From the NCBI GenBank assembly GCA_016185615.1, contig JACPNE010000004.1, forward strand, positions 4,625 to 68,624: a stretch of DNA of 64,000 nt, written 5' to 3'. This DNA is from Candidatus Woesearchaeota archaeon (GTDB lineage Archaea > Nanobdellota > Nanobdellia > SCGC-AAA011-G17 > JACPNG01). Of the stretch, positions 37,938-48,253 are shown piece by piece. The notes under the pieces are model-generated. The model searched no databases and had not been told where the DNA came from. It worked only from the letters and a program-made list of their open reading frames with translations. The position numbers were made by a program, and so were the translations under genes. Each line of letters opens with the position of its first letter. Positions within the stretch are counted from its first letter, which is position 1.

Positions 37938-39968
37938 ATGATATCTGTAATTGTGCCTGTTTATAATGATCAAGTATTCCTAGAAAAGTGTTTAACATCT
38001 ATATTTAGTTCAGATTACAAGGATTTTGAAGTTATAGTTGTTGATGACTATAGCAAAGATAATTCTGTAAATGTAGCAAAAAAATTCCCTTGTAAAATTA
38101 TAGAATTAAAAACAAATGAGGGAGTGGCAAACGCAAGAAACCAGGGAGCAGATACTGCAAAAGGGGATATTTTAGTATTTTTTGATTCTGATATTATGAT
38201 TGAAAAGGATACATTGTCAAAATTTGCTAAAGCACATGAAGATCCAAGCATAAAAGTCTGTCAGTGCCAGATTTCAACAAAGTCATTAACGAATGGATTT
38301 ACCCCAGATTTGATTGCATTGACATGGCACCATATATTTAATGTCATGGGAAGATGTCCCTCTTATCTTTCAACAATGGCCTTCTCAATAGAGAAAAAAG
38401 TATTTGATGAGATCGGCGGTTTTAATACAAACTTTGAATCATCTGGGGGGGAAGAATTCGAAATAGGAATGGAACTTAAGAAGCACGGATATTTAATTGA
38501 GTCAGATCAATCATTTAGCGTATCCCATCATTATCAATATTTCTGGCCAAGATGCAAAACATTATTCAGAAGAAGCTATGTCTATGGAAAGATATTCTTT
38601 GACAGGAATTTTCAGTTTGATAAAGGACATGGAACAATGAAAGAGGGAATTAATTCAATATTATCAATGGCAGGAATTCCTTTGTTAGCTATCTCTTTAT
38701 TCATCCCTTATACGCTTATTGCATTCCTATCTACAATAATAATACAAAATATTCTTGATATGAATAAAAATAGTTTCATTATAAAAAATAAAGGATTATT
38801 TTCCTACATTAAGTCAATACCAATAAATTATGTTTGGTATTTATCAATGGGTCTAGGTGTAATGAAAGCAGGAATTGTAAGTTATACTAAAAAATTATTC
38901 AGTCCAATAAAGAGTCTAAGCTTTTTACTATCAAAGACTCCCCCCTATGTGATATTTTTTGTAACAGCTGTATGTAATGCAAGATGTAAGCATTGCTTCT
39001 ATTGGGAGAAAGTAGCTAATCCTGATATAAGCGGAGAATTAAAATTAGATGAGATAAAGAAAATATCAGAAAGCTTTGATAAGATAGAATATATGACATA
39101 CAGTGGAGGAGAGCCAAGCTTAAGAAGGGATATAGTAAAAATCACCCAGACATTCTACAAAAATAATGGTTTAAACAGATTAAATTTTATCACAAACGGA
39201 TTTGCTCCTGAGCTTCTTGTAAAAGAGGTTAAAGGAATATTAAGAACATGCCCTAACTTAAATCTGATGGTGAGCTTCTCCATAGATGGGGTTGAGAAAC
39301 AGCATGAAGACGTAAGAAAAGTTCCTGGTGGATTTAAAAAATTAGTAAAATCAATAGAAGAGATAAAAAAATTAAAAAAGCATCATAAAAATCTGAAGAC
39401 TTTTGCAATAACAACGCATACAAAATACAATGAAGATAACCTTCCCGAAATTGTACATTATATAACTAAAAAACTAGAATTGGAGTTATGTTTGAATTAT
39501 ATACGTGGAGATCCATTGGAGAAAGAAGCAAAAGAGACAAATTTGAAGGATTATCAGAAAACATGGGACAAACTTATACAGATAAATGAGAAAAACTCAA
39601 AGCAAGGATTTACAGAGAATATTATAAGAGCCATGAATAATCTCTCTTCCAAATTAATCGCAAAAACATTGACAGGAAAGAAAAGAACAGTAAAATGTGT
39701 TACTGGAAGAAAACAGATAGAGATAGCCGAGGATGGTACAATATTCCCATGCGAGATAATGGGTGTGAATTTCGGAAATATACGAGATTATGATTATGAC
39801 ATAAAGAAAATATTAAACACAAAAAAAGCCAAGGACTTTATTGAGCATATAGAAAAAATAAAATGTCACTGTACATGGGAATGCGCAATGAAGAATAATA
39901 TCGTTTATAATCCAAGGCAATATCCGGCCTTATTCCTTGAATGGATAAAAGTTGTATTCTTAAAATAA
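37938..39968 (+). CDS. Fusion of a GT2 glycosyltransferase, TM helices and a Twitch-type radical SAM domain
   Basis: ISVIVPVYN, VVDD.S.D, ARN.G, FFDSD; then CNARCKHC, SGGEP, SIDG, CVTG...PCE...CHCTWEC. Confidence 0.92.
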   Translation: MISVIVPVYNDQVFLEKCLTSIFSSDYKDFEVIVVDDYSKDNSVNVAKKFPCKIIELKTNEGVANARNQGADTAKGDILVFFDSDIMIEKDTLSKFAKAHEDPSIKVCQCQISTKSLTNGFTPDLIALTWHHIFNVMGRCPSYLSTMAFSIEKKVFDEIGGFNTNFESSGGEEFEIGMELKKHGYLIESDQSFSVSHHYQYFWPRCKTLFRRSYVYGKIFFDRNFQFDKGHGTMKEGINSILSMAGIPLLAISLFIPYTLIAFLSTIIIQNILDMNKNSFIIKNKGLFSYIKSIPINYVWYLSMGLGVMKAGIVSYTKKLFSPIKSLSFLLSKTPPYVIFFVTAVCNARCKHCFYWEKVANPDISGELKLDEIKKISESFDKIEYMTYSGGEPSLRRDIVKITQTFYKNNGLNRLNFITNGFAPELLVKEVKGILRTCPNLNLMVSFSIDGVEKQHEDVRKVPGGFKKLVKSIEEIKKLKKHHKNLKTFAITTHTKYNEDNLPEIVHYITKKLELELCLNYIRGDPLEKEAKETNLKDYQKTWDKLIQINEKNSKQGFTENIIRAMNNLSSKLIAKTLTGKKRTVKCVTGRKQIEIAEDGTIFPCEIMGVNFGNIRDYDYDIKKILNTKKAKDFIEHIEKIKCHCTWECAMKNNIVYNPRQYPALFLEWIKVVFLK

Positions 39969-40025
39969 ATTATATTTTGTCCTCTCAAAAGCAAAGTATA
40001 TAAGGGTTTCGTTCACAAGATAAAT

Positions 40026-40907
40026 ATGAAAAATATAGTGATTACAATACCCGCATATAATGAGGAAAAAACAATAGGATTAGTCATTAACAAGATAAAA
40101 AGTGTAATGGACAAAACAAAGTATAAATGCAAAGTTTTAGTCGTTGATGACGGTTCTAAAGATAAAACAAAAGAAGTGGCAAAAAAAGCTGGAGCTTTAG
40201 TTTATTCTCATCCTTATAATTATGGATTAGCAGAAACCTTTAGGACAGAGATGAAAAAATGCCTGGAATTAAAAGCAGATATAATAGTTCATACAGATGC
40301 AGACGGCCAATATTTAGCTGAAGAGATTCCAAACTTGATAAAAGGGGTTGAGAATGGTTATGATTTAGTTTTAGGATCAAGATTCAGGGGAAGAATACAG
40401 TATATGCCATTGACTAAGAGAATTGGAAATAATGCATTCTCAAGAGTAATCTCGAAAATAACAAGATTAAATATAACAGATGCTCAAACTGGTTTTAGGG
40501 CTTTTACAAAAGAGGTTGCTAAACTAAATATAATCTCAAATCATACCTATACCCAGGAACAAATCATAAAAGCAGTTCATAATAAATTCAGGATAAAAGA
40601 GATTCCTGCCACTTTCATAAAAAGAAAGAGCGGAAAAAGCAGGTTAATGAAGAATCCATTTGATTATGCAATCAAAGCATGGATTAATTTATTCAGGATA
40701 TATAGAGATTATAGACCATTGAAATTCTTCGGTTCATTTGGACTAATATTCCTAGGATTAGGATTATTAATAGGATTATACTTAGTATCATTATTTATAA
40801 TTACAGGAAAAGTAGGACATATTCCATTAACAATAATGTCTGTATTATTGATATTATTGGGAGTACAAGTCATATTCTTTGGATTCCTTGCAGATATGAA
40901 GAAATAA
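40026..40907 (+). CDS. GT2 polyprenol-phosphate glycosyltransferase (DPM synthase-like) with two C-terminal TM helices
   Basis: IPAYNEE, VDDGSKD, DADGQ, GSR and DAQTGFRA motifs. Confidence 0.9.
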   Translation: MKNIVITIPAYNEEKTIGLVINKIKSVMDKTKYKCKVLVVDDGSKDKTKEVAKKAGALVYSHPYNYGLAETFRTEMKKCLELKADIIVHTDADGQYLAEEIPNLIKGVENGYDLVLGSRFRGRIQYMPLTKRIGNNAFSRVISKITRLNITDAQTGFRAFTKEVAKLNIISNHTYTQEQIIKAVHNKFRIKEIPATFIKRKSGKSRLMKNPFDYAIKAWINLFRIYRDYRPLKFFGSFGLIFLGLGLLIGLYLVSLFIITGKVGHIPLTIMSVLLILLGVQVIFFGFLADMKK

Positions 40908-40957
40908 AGATAAATTTAATAAATAAAAGGATAATTAAATTATTGGGTGGTGTTAAG

Positions 40958-42418
40958 ATGAGGGTGCTTTTAGTAATGCCTTCTATGGATAATGGTTATT
41001 GGCAGAAATTAGGAAAGAAAGTAGGGCCAAAGTCAGAGCCTTTAAGTTTAGCTTATATGGGTGCTATGTTAAAAAGGCATGGTCACGAAGTAAAAATCCT
41101 GGATTGTGAGGCATTAGACTATTCTTTTAATGATGTTGAGAATTACTTAAATCAAAATGAATTTGATGTATTTGGGATAGCAATGCTAACTATAATGTAT
41201 TCCCAAACAATAACCCTATCAAACATAATAAAAAAAATTTATCCTCAAGCAAAGATAATAGTTGGCGGTCCTCATCCAAGTGCACATGGAAATGCCAAAG
41301 AGATTCTAGAAAAAGAAAATGTTATTGATTATGCTGTTATAGGCGAGGCTGAAAAGACATTTGCTGAGTTATTAGATGTAATAGAAGAGGAAAAAGAAAC
41401 ATATGAAGAATTATCAAAAATAGAGGGAATAGCTTTCAGAAATAAAAATAATGTTCTTATTACAAAACCAAGAGCAACTGTCAAGGAATTAGATGAATTT
41501 CCAATTCCAGACAGAAGCTTATTAGATATGAAATTATACAGGCCTTCTGTTTCATATTATAGGAAACTTCCTGCTTATATTATTTTAACTTCTAGAGGCT
41601 GTGGTTATAGATGTACTTTTTGTTCTAAAGTATTTGATAAAGAGTTTAGATTTCATTCTCCAGATAGAGTAATTGAAGAGATGAAAATTTTAATTGAAGA
41701 TTATGGAGCAAAAGAGATTGTTTTTAGGGATGATACTTTTACAATGAGATTTGACTGGACTAAGGAAGTTTGTGAAAAGATAATTGAAGAGGGATTAAAT
41801 AATAAGATAAAATGGAGTTGTATGACAAGAGTTAGTTTAGTTACTCCAGAATTATTGAAATTAATGAAGGAAGCTGGATGTTGGGGTATTCATTTTGGGG
41901 TTGAATCAGGATCTCAGAGATTATTAGATATGATAAAGAAAGATGTCACAATAAAACAGATAAAAAACGCTTTTAAATGGTGCAGGGAAGCTGGAATTGA
42001 GACAAGGGCTTTCATGATGTTGGGATTGCCAACAGAAACAAGGGATGAAAGTTTGAAAACAATACAGTTTGCTAAGGAATTAGATGCAGACTGGGCTCAA
42101 TTTACTATTACGACGCCTTATCCTGGAACTGAATTATATGACCAAGCAATGGAACTTGGAGAATTACATGGACCAAAAGACTGGGATAATTATCAGACTT
42201 GGAGTGGCTTTTCAGATCATGAATTAGTATGGACTCCTAAAGGAAGAAAATCGGATGAATTAAAAGAATTGCAAAGAAGGGCATTGTTTGAATTCTACTT
42301 TAGACCAAAAGTTATACTTAGAAAGATAACAAACATCTCAAATATTGCTTTATTAAAAAAATATGTTCTTGGGGCTATGGCTCTAGCTTCTGGTGGTAAT
42401 GGTAGACCAGTAGAATAG
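40958..42418 (+). CDS. Cobalamin-binding radical SAM protein (no. 2)
   Basis: PLSLAY, GGPH, GEAE, RGCGYRCTFC, DDTF, GVESG, TPYPGT. Confidence 0.94.
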   Translation: MRVLLVMPSMDNGYWQKLGKKVGPKSEPLSLAYMGAMLKRHGHEVKILDCEALDYSFNDVENYLNQNEFDVFGIAMLTIMYSQTITLSNIIKKIYPQAKIIVGGPHPSAHGNAKEILEKENVIDYAVIGEAEKTFAELLDVIEEEKETYEELSKIEGIAFRNKNNVLITKPRATVKELDEFPIPDRSLLDMKLYRPSVSYYRKLPAYIILTSRGCGYRCTFCSKVFDKEFRFHSPDRVIEEMKILIEDYGAKEIVFRDDTFTMRFDWTKEVCEKIIEEGLNNKIKWSCMTRVSLVTPELLKLMKEAGCWGIHFGVESGSQRLLDMIKKDVTIKQIKNAFKWCREAGIETRAFMMLGLPTETRDESLKTIQFAKELDADWAQFTITTPYPGTELYDQAMELGELHGPKDWDNYQTWSGFSDHELVWTPKGRKSDELKELQRRALFEFYFRPKVILRKITNISNIALLKKYVLGAMALASGGNGRPVE

Positions 42419-42490
42419 GTTTATAATGTAATTACTAATTAGTGATTATAAATAGAAAGATTTATAAATTGTGGAAGGCCAGTAAATAGT

Positions 42491-42958
42491 ATGAGACGTA
42501 CATATTTATTAGCGAACAAAGATTTAGATAGAATATTCGGATTTAAGACAGAATTAGAACTTTCTTTGCCTAGAACACCACAAGAAGGTATTAGAAGTTC
42601 AATTGATTTAACCTTCTCTAGAGAAGAACATGATTTAGTAATCGGAGATGTCTTTGTAGTGGACAGAATCAAAGGTAATGGATTAGCTGGAATTGTTGAT
42701 CTTAATACCAAAAAAAGATTGACTACAGATGAGGTCAACCCATTTAGAAATTCTAATATTAGATTAAAAGGCCATTATTTGGGTGAATTAGGAAAATATT
42801 TATCTAATGATATGTCAATTTATGATAAGATTATAGTTGTTCGTTCTGAAGTAGCCCCATGGATAAAAACTATAATGGAGAAGAGAGTTCCAGAACATAT
42901 TTTGAGAGCAGCAATTAACGATAAGCCAACCGCACAATCAGCATATTTCAGCAGATAA
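42491..42958 (+). CDS. Hypothetical protein
   Basis: 155-aa ORF after a TTTATAAA box; no motif recognised. Confidence 0.6.
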   Translation: MRRTYLLANKDLDRIFGFKTELELSLPRTPQEGIRSSIDLTFSREEHDLVIGDVFVVDRIKGNGLAGIVDLNTKKRLTTDEVNPFRNSNIRLKGHYLGELGKYLSNDMSIYDKIIVVRSEVAPWIKTIMEKRVPEHILRAAINDKPTAQSAYFSR

Positions 42959-43048
42959 TCAAAACAAACGATTTAAACAGAATTCTTTATTTATTTTAAT
43001 CTTAGAGATTATAAAGTTATTTTCTTATAACATCAACTAAATTTAAAA

Positions 43049-43174
43049 TTATTTCAACTTCTCTATGAACTCATTAATACAAGGCCTGCAGATTCTCTTG
43101 CCTTTAAACTCATTATAAGGCAATGGCTCTAGTACAAATTGATTACAAAATACGCATTTATCATAATTTTCCAT
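43049..43174 (-). CDS. Small zinc-finger protein resembling the AbrB C-terminal domain, 41 aa (below the ORF-track cutoff)
   Basis: MENYDKCVFCNQFVLEPLPYNEFKGKRICRPCINEFIEKLK; GGAGGG upstream; overlaps the GT4 stop. Confidence 0.75.
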   Translation of the reverse strand: MENYDKCVFCNQFVLEPLPYNEFKGKRICRPCINEFIEKLK

Positions 43175-44369
43175 TTTTCAACAACCCCTCCATCTCCTTC
43201 CTTATTTTCTTTATTTGTTTATCTTGGTTATAATTTTCTTCAATGTGTTTTCTTCCAGCTTTGCTGAATTTTAATCTTAAATTATAATCTTTAGCTAATT
43301 TCAACATCTTATTAGCTAATGAATTAACATCTTTTTCCTTTACTAAAAATCCAGTTTTATTATCTAAAACTAAATAAGGAATGCCAGCATGATAAGTTGA
43401 AATACAAGGAATTCCCATTGCTTGTGCTTCCATCAAAACAAATGGGGTTCCTTCTTTGTCCCCATCAGAAGCTAATATACTAGGCAATAAAAACACATCC
43501 GCTTTATTAAACTCATCTAATGATAATTTTCTTGTATCTTTTACCCCTTTATTACTTATAAAAATAACTTTATCTTTCAATCCAAGCTTATTAACTAATA
43601 ATTTCAGCTCATTCTCCAAAGGACCATCTCCCAAAATCCTTAACTCAAAATTATTATTTTTTATTTTGTTAAAAGCTTCAATTGCATATTTAATTCCTTT
43701 TTTCTCTATTAACCTTCCAACAAAAAGGAATGCAACTTTCTTTGATTTCTTTGGTTTTCTATACTTGAAATTTTTTAAATCAATCCCAATATTAATGTCT
43801 TTCACTTTATTCCTATCACAACCAGCATTGATTAAATCCTTATTCATATCTGGGCTAAGGGTTATGAATAAGTCTCCTTCTTTTATTAACAATTTGTATA
43901 TTTTTTTGTTTTTAATCAGATTATCAACATCTTTTCCCCAAAATGTTGTTATAACTGGAATTTTTTTATTCAGAATTTTTCTTAGTAATACTCCAATCAT
44001 TCCTGCAAAAACCAATTGGGAATAAATAATATTATGATTTTTATAAACCCTTAATGACTTACTTAAAAACCCCAAAGCAAATGTTGGAATTTGGAGATAT
44101 AATAATGGATTATTTTTCAGATTAACAGCTATTCCGCTGCCATAAGCCAATCTCTGATATTTTCTAGGGAGAACATAGCTAAATCTGTATATATTGATTC
44201 CATTTCTTTTTTCATATTTTTTGGAGTCAATAGTGTCTGGAGCAATGATATCTAACTCTACATCCTCTTTTTCCTTAAGGCTTCTTATTGATTCATAGAT
44301 AAAATTCGCTAGGTAATCCCCTTCATATCTTGATAAGGATGTAGTCAACACTAAAGCCTTTATTTTCAT
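43161..44369 (-). CDS. GT4 glycosyltransferase (WcaL-like)
   Basis: VGRLIEKKG, DGDKEGTP..LMEAQA.G, HAGIP. Confidence 0.92.
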   Translation of the reverse strand: MKIKALVLTTSLSRYEGDYLANFIYESIRSLKEKEDVELDIIAPDTIDSKKYEKRNGINIYRFSYVLPRKYQRLAYGSGIAVNLKNNPLLYLQIPTFALGFLSKSLRVYKNHNIIYSQLVFAGMIGVLLRKILNKKIPVITTFWGKDVDNLIKNKKIYKLLIKEGDLFITLSPDMNKDLINAGCDRNKVKDINIGIDLKNFKYRKPKKSKKVAFLFVGRLIEKKGIKYAIEAFNKIKNNNFELRILGDGPLENELKLLVNKLGLKDKVIFISNKGVKDTRKLSLDEFNKADVFLLPSILASDGDKEGTPFVLMEAQAMGIPCISTYHAGIPYLVLDNKTGFLVKEKDVNSLANKMLKLAKDYNLRLKFSKAGRKHIEENYNQDKQIKKIRKEMEGLLKNGKL

Positions 44370-44442
44370 GATTTAAATTTTATAGGTTAATATTTAAAAG
44401 TATCTGAGAAAGTCTTAAAAATATAGAAATAAGGATAATATT

Positions 44443-45870
44443 ATGAAAGCCCTATTATTATTTCCACAAACTGAAACTCCTTATGGACTGCCTAATTATC
44501 CACCGTTAGGATTAGCATATTTATCTTCTGTATTGAAAAAAATAAATATATCTCATGATATTCTGGATTTAAGATTATATCCAAACTGGCAGGAAATTCT
44601 AGTTTCAAAATTAAAGGAAAATAATTATACAATAGCTGGAATGGCTTCTACAGTATTTGATCATCCATCAGCCAAAAAATTAGCTTCCATAATAAAAGAG
44701 AATAGCCCAGAAACAAAAGTAATTGTTGGCGGAGCTCATCCAACATTAGTAAAAGACAAGATATTAAAGGAAGACAAAAACTTTGATTTTGTTTTAGTTG
44801 GAGAAGGAGAATTAACTTTTTCCGAATTATGTATTGCATTAAGGGATAATAAAGATTTTAATGAAATAAAAGGATTAGTCTTCAGAAAGGAAAATAAAAT
44901 AATAACAAACCAAGAAAGAATTTTTAATAATAACCTAGATGAGCTGCCATATCCAAATTATGATAAGTTTGATCTAAAAAAGTATCATGGTGATACTAGT
45001 TTCAAAGGTATAATTGGAAGAAAAACAATATTCCCGATGTCTACCTCAAGGGGGTGTCCTTATTCCTGTACATTTTGCTCTGTTCCAGTATTTACAGGGA
45101 AATTATTCAGGGTAAGAAGTCCTGAAAATGTTATTGGGGAAATGAGGATGTTGAAAGAAAAGTATAATGTAGGAACAATCGACATTCTTGATGATAATTT
45201 TACCATGAACTTGGCAAGAGCAAAAAATATATGTAAATTAATGATAGAGAAGAATATTAATGTAAAATGGAGCACCCCAAATGGAGTAAGAGCTGATAGA
45301 TTAGATGATGAATTAGTTGGATTGATGAAAAAATCAGGATGTGATGATATAGCTGTTGGAATAGAAAGTGTAGATAATGATGTTCTAAAGAAAATGAAGA
45401 AAGGGGAGAATATAGAAGCAATAGAAAGAGGAATTGATTTGTTGAAGAAATATAATATTAACATAAAAGGCTTCTTCATTATCGGCTCAAATGGAGAGAC
45501 AAAAGAAAGTGCTTTGAGAATGCTTGAGTTTGCAAAAAAGCATAATTTCAAACAAGCAAGATTTAGTATGCTGATTCCATATCCTGGAACCGAGATGGCA
45601 TCATGGATTGACCAAAACGATTATTGGAGTGTTGATAACCCAGAGGAAGAACTTGTAAAATATGCCGATATGGGTGAACAGTTAAAGCCAATATATAATA
45701 CTCCAGAATTTCCGCTACAAGATAAGATTGATGTGTATAATCATTTAATAAAAGAATGGGACTCTTATGAGTTAAAAAGAGACTGGAAGAAAAGATTCTT
45801 GATAAATCTTAGAAGATATGGTATTGTTTATAATCTATTAAGAAATCTAAGGAACAGATTGAAGAGATAA
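44443..45870 (+). CDS. Cobalamin-binding radical SAM protein (no. 3)
   Basis: PPLGLAY, GGAH, GEGE, RGCPYSCTFC, DDNF, GIES, PYPGT. Confidence 0.94.
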   Translation: MKALLLFPQTETPYGLPNYPPLGLAYLSSVLKKINISHDILDLRLYPNWQEILVSKLKENNYTIAGMASTVFDHPSAKKLASIIKENSPETKVIVGGAHPTLVKDKILKEDKNFDFVLVGEGELTFSELCIALRDNKDFNEIKGLVFRKENKIITNQERIFNNNLDELPYPNYDKFDLKKYHGDTSFKGIIGRKTIFPMSTSRGCPYSCTFCSVPVFTGKLFRVRSPENVIGEMRMLKEKYNVGTIDILDDNFTMNLARAKNICKLMIEKNINVKWSTPNGVRADRLDDELVGLMKKSGCDDIAVGIESVDNDVLKKMKKGENIEAIERGIDLLKKYNINIKGFFIIGSNGETKESALRMLEFAKKHNFKQARFSMLIPYPGTEMASWIDQNDYWSVDNPEEELVKYADMGEQLKPIYNTPEFPLQDKIDVYNHLIKEWDSYELKRDWKKRFLINLRRYGIVYNLLRNLRNRLKR

Positions 45871-45904
45871 TAAAGCATTTAAATAAAGATATGAGGGTTC
45901 TTGT

Positions 45905-47434
45905 ATGTCTGATCAGGATCTTAACAAGATAGCAAGTGGAGCAGGCATTATCTTTGTAGGTATGATATTATCAAAGATATTTGCTTATTTATACAGATTA
46001 ATAATCGCAAGAATTGGAGTAAGTGAATATGGATTAATATCGCTTGGTTTGGGAATTATCGGGATAATATCAAGCATATCAATTATTGGACTGCATAGGG
46101 GAGTATTAAGAAATGTATCATATTACAGGGGGAAAGAAGATTTAGGAAAAGTAAAAGGAGTAATAACCCTAGCATTAAAGATAAGTCTTGGAATAAGTTT
46201 ATTATTAAGCATTTTGCTTTTCATTTTTTCTGATTTCATTTCGGTAAGATATTTCCATAACGAAGATTTAAGTTTGATCCTAAAAATATTAGCTGTATCA
46301 ATTCCTTTAAGCGTTATGAATGAAATAATACTTAATACAATATTAGGATTCCAGAAAGTAGTTTATATGGTGATATCAAAGAATATAATCTTGAATCTTT
46401 CTAGGTTTTTATTGACAATAGCATTTGTATTATTCAGCAGAAATATCCTGGGATTGGCTTGGATATATGTTGTATCTTTTTTAATTTCATTTATTTTTTC
46501 ATTTTATTTCTTGGAGAGAAAAGTATTTCCAATATTAATAACAAAAATAAAATCCATAAGTGTAGGAAAAGAGTTATTTTCATTTTCATGGCCTTTGGTA
46601 TTCAGCGGATTAGGAATGTTATTGGTTGGGTGGACAGACACAATAATGCTTGGATTCTTTAAGACAGTAAATGAAGTAGGATATTATAATACAGCATTGC
46701 CAACCTCTCATTTATTGTATATAGTTCCACAAGGATTGATGATGATGGTTATCCCTACATTAACTTATCTCTTCTCAAGGAAAGAGATGGACAAATTCAA
46801 TATAATAACAAGAACAACGACAAAATGGGTATTTATGATTAATTTGATATTATTTTCATTATTTATGATGTTCGGAAAAGAGATAATAAGTATATTGTTT
46901 GGAGCACAATACTCAATAGCGGGTGATGTTTTGAGGATATTAAGTGTCGGCTTCTTCATAAATTATACAATGATATTCATGGGTCATATGCCAATAATAA
47001 AAAACAGGCCAAAATGGGATTTGTTTAATATTTCAATAGTAGCTATAACAAATATAATATTAAATTTCATTTTAATACCCCCATATGGCATATTTGGGGC
47101 GGCAATAGCAACAAGTGTTTCATTCGTTATCTTTGGTATAATTGAGTTTGTAGAAGCATTATACATATTCAATGTTGATAATCCAATAAAACTTGTTTAT
47201 TTAAAAGTAATCATATCTATAATAATCGCTTCTTTCCTTACTAGTTACTTGGCTAATAATTTAATAAGCGTTAACAATCTCATTAACTTAGTGATAATAT
47301 CACTCATCTTAACAATAGTTTATTCTGTATTATTAATAGTTACAAGGAGTTTCGACAAAGAAGATAGTGAGGTTATAAAATCAATACAAAATAAGATCGG
47401 AATAAATATCCCGTTTATAGACAGATTTATTTAA
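45905..47434 (+). CDS. Wzx/MOP-family oligosaccharide flippase
   Basis: About 14 TM helices; EYG, D..MLG.F....VG.Y, N.ILNF.LIP.YG..GAAIAT. Confidence 0.92.
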   Translation: MSDQDLNKIASGAGIIFVGMILSKIFAYLYRLIIARIGVSEYGLISLGLGIIGIISSISIIGLHRGVLRNVSYYRGKEDLGKVKGVITLALKISLGISLLLSILLFIFSDFISVRYFHNEDLSLILKILAVSIPLSVMNEIILNTILGFQKVVYMVISKNIILNLSRFLLTIAFVLFSRNILGLAWIYVVSFLISFIFSFYFLERKVFPILITKIKSISVGKELFSFSWPLVFSGLGMLLVGWTDTIMLGFFKTVNEVGYYNTALPTSHLLYIVPQGLMMMVIPTLTYLFSRKEMDKFNIITRTTTKWVFMINLILFSLFMMFGKEIISILFGAQYSIAGDVLRILSVGFFINYTMIFMGHMPIIKNRPKWDLFNISIVAITNIILNFILIPPYGIFGAAIATSVSFVIFGIIEFVEALYIFNVDNPIKLVYLKVIISIIIASFLTSYLANNLISVNNLINLVIISLILTIVYSVLLIVTRSFDKEDSEVIKSIQNKIGINIPFIDRFI

Positions 47435-48143
47435 TTTTTATGGCTTTTATTATAATATTATCCCCAAAAGTTCCATAATTAATATCATAATCTATATTTT
47501 TTAAATTAATAAAAAAGTTCTCAAAATATCTCTTATTTAATAATCGTGAAGTAAATATCTCAATATATGTTATGATTGTTGAAATAATTGAACTTCCTAT
47601 ATGGACTTTGTTTATTCTAAATTTATTATTAAAAATCTTGTTTAATTCTTCAACATTATAGTGTCTATGCTCTTCATTAACAATTTTTGGATTCTTTCTT
47701 TTTATTAAATAGTAAAGGGATTTATATAAGAAGGGCATTGTTATTTTCAGATTATCTGGATCAAGAAAACTAAATAATCCTTTATGCGGAACACTTAATA
47801 TAAGAATCCCATCCTTCTTCAGTATTCTATATATTTCATTAATCATAGTTTGATCATCATTAACATGCTCTAGAACATCAAGAATTGTTACAACATCAAA
47901 GAAATTTGATTTAAATAGCAGTTTCTTTGATTTTAATAATCTGAAATCAATGTTTTTATATTTCTTCTTGGCTCTGTATATAAATTCTTTATTGACATCA
48001 ATGCCATAAACATTTCTGGCTTTGTTCTTAAAGTATATTGTAAAATATCCAGAAGCGCATCCAACATCTAATAGTCTATCTATCTTATTTGGAAGCCAAT
48101 TATACGCTTTTTTAGCCCTTGTCTGCAGTCTATGCTCTGGCAT
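47427..48143 (-). CDS. Class I SAM-dependent methyltransferase
   Basis: LLDVGCASG, FD.....VLEHV, E..RILK..G...SVP, H.HY. Confidence 0.9.
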   Translation of the reverse strand: MPEHRLQTRAKKAYNWLPNKIDRLLDVGCASGYFTIYFKNKARNVYGIDVNKEFIYRAKKKYKNIDFRLLKSKKLLFKSNFFDVVTILDVLEHVNDDQTMINEIYRILKKDGILILSVPHKGLFSFLDPDNLKITMPFLYKSLYYLIKRKNPKIVNEEHRHYNVEELNKIFNNKFRINKVHIGSSIISTIITYIEIFTSRLLNKRYFENFFINLKNIDYDINYGTFGDNIIIKAIKIK

Positions 48144-48253
48144 TATTGTTTATAGATAAAAAGTATTAAAAAACTAACTATCTTAGATTTTTTTAAATAG
48201 AAACATATAAATATGAATAATTTGGATTTATATTATATTTTTAAGTGGTTAAA

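Noticed and set aside
34564-48253. Cobalamin or SAM riboswitches upstream of the radical SAM genes
   Set aside because: Intergenic regions are about 100 nt or less, AT-rich and lack the conserved cores.
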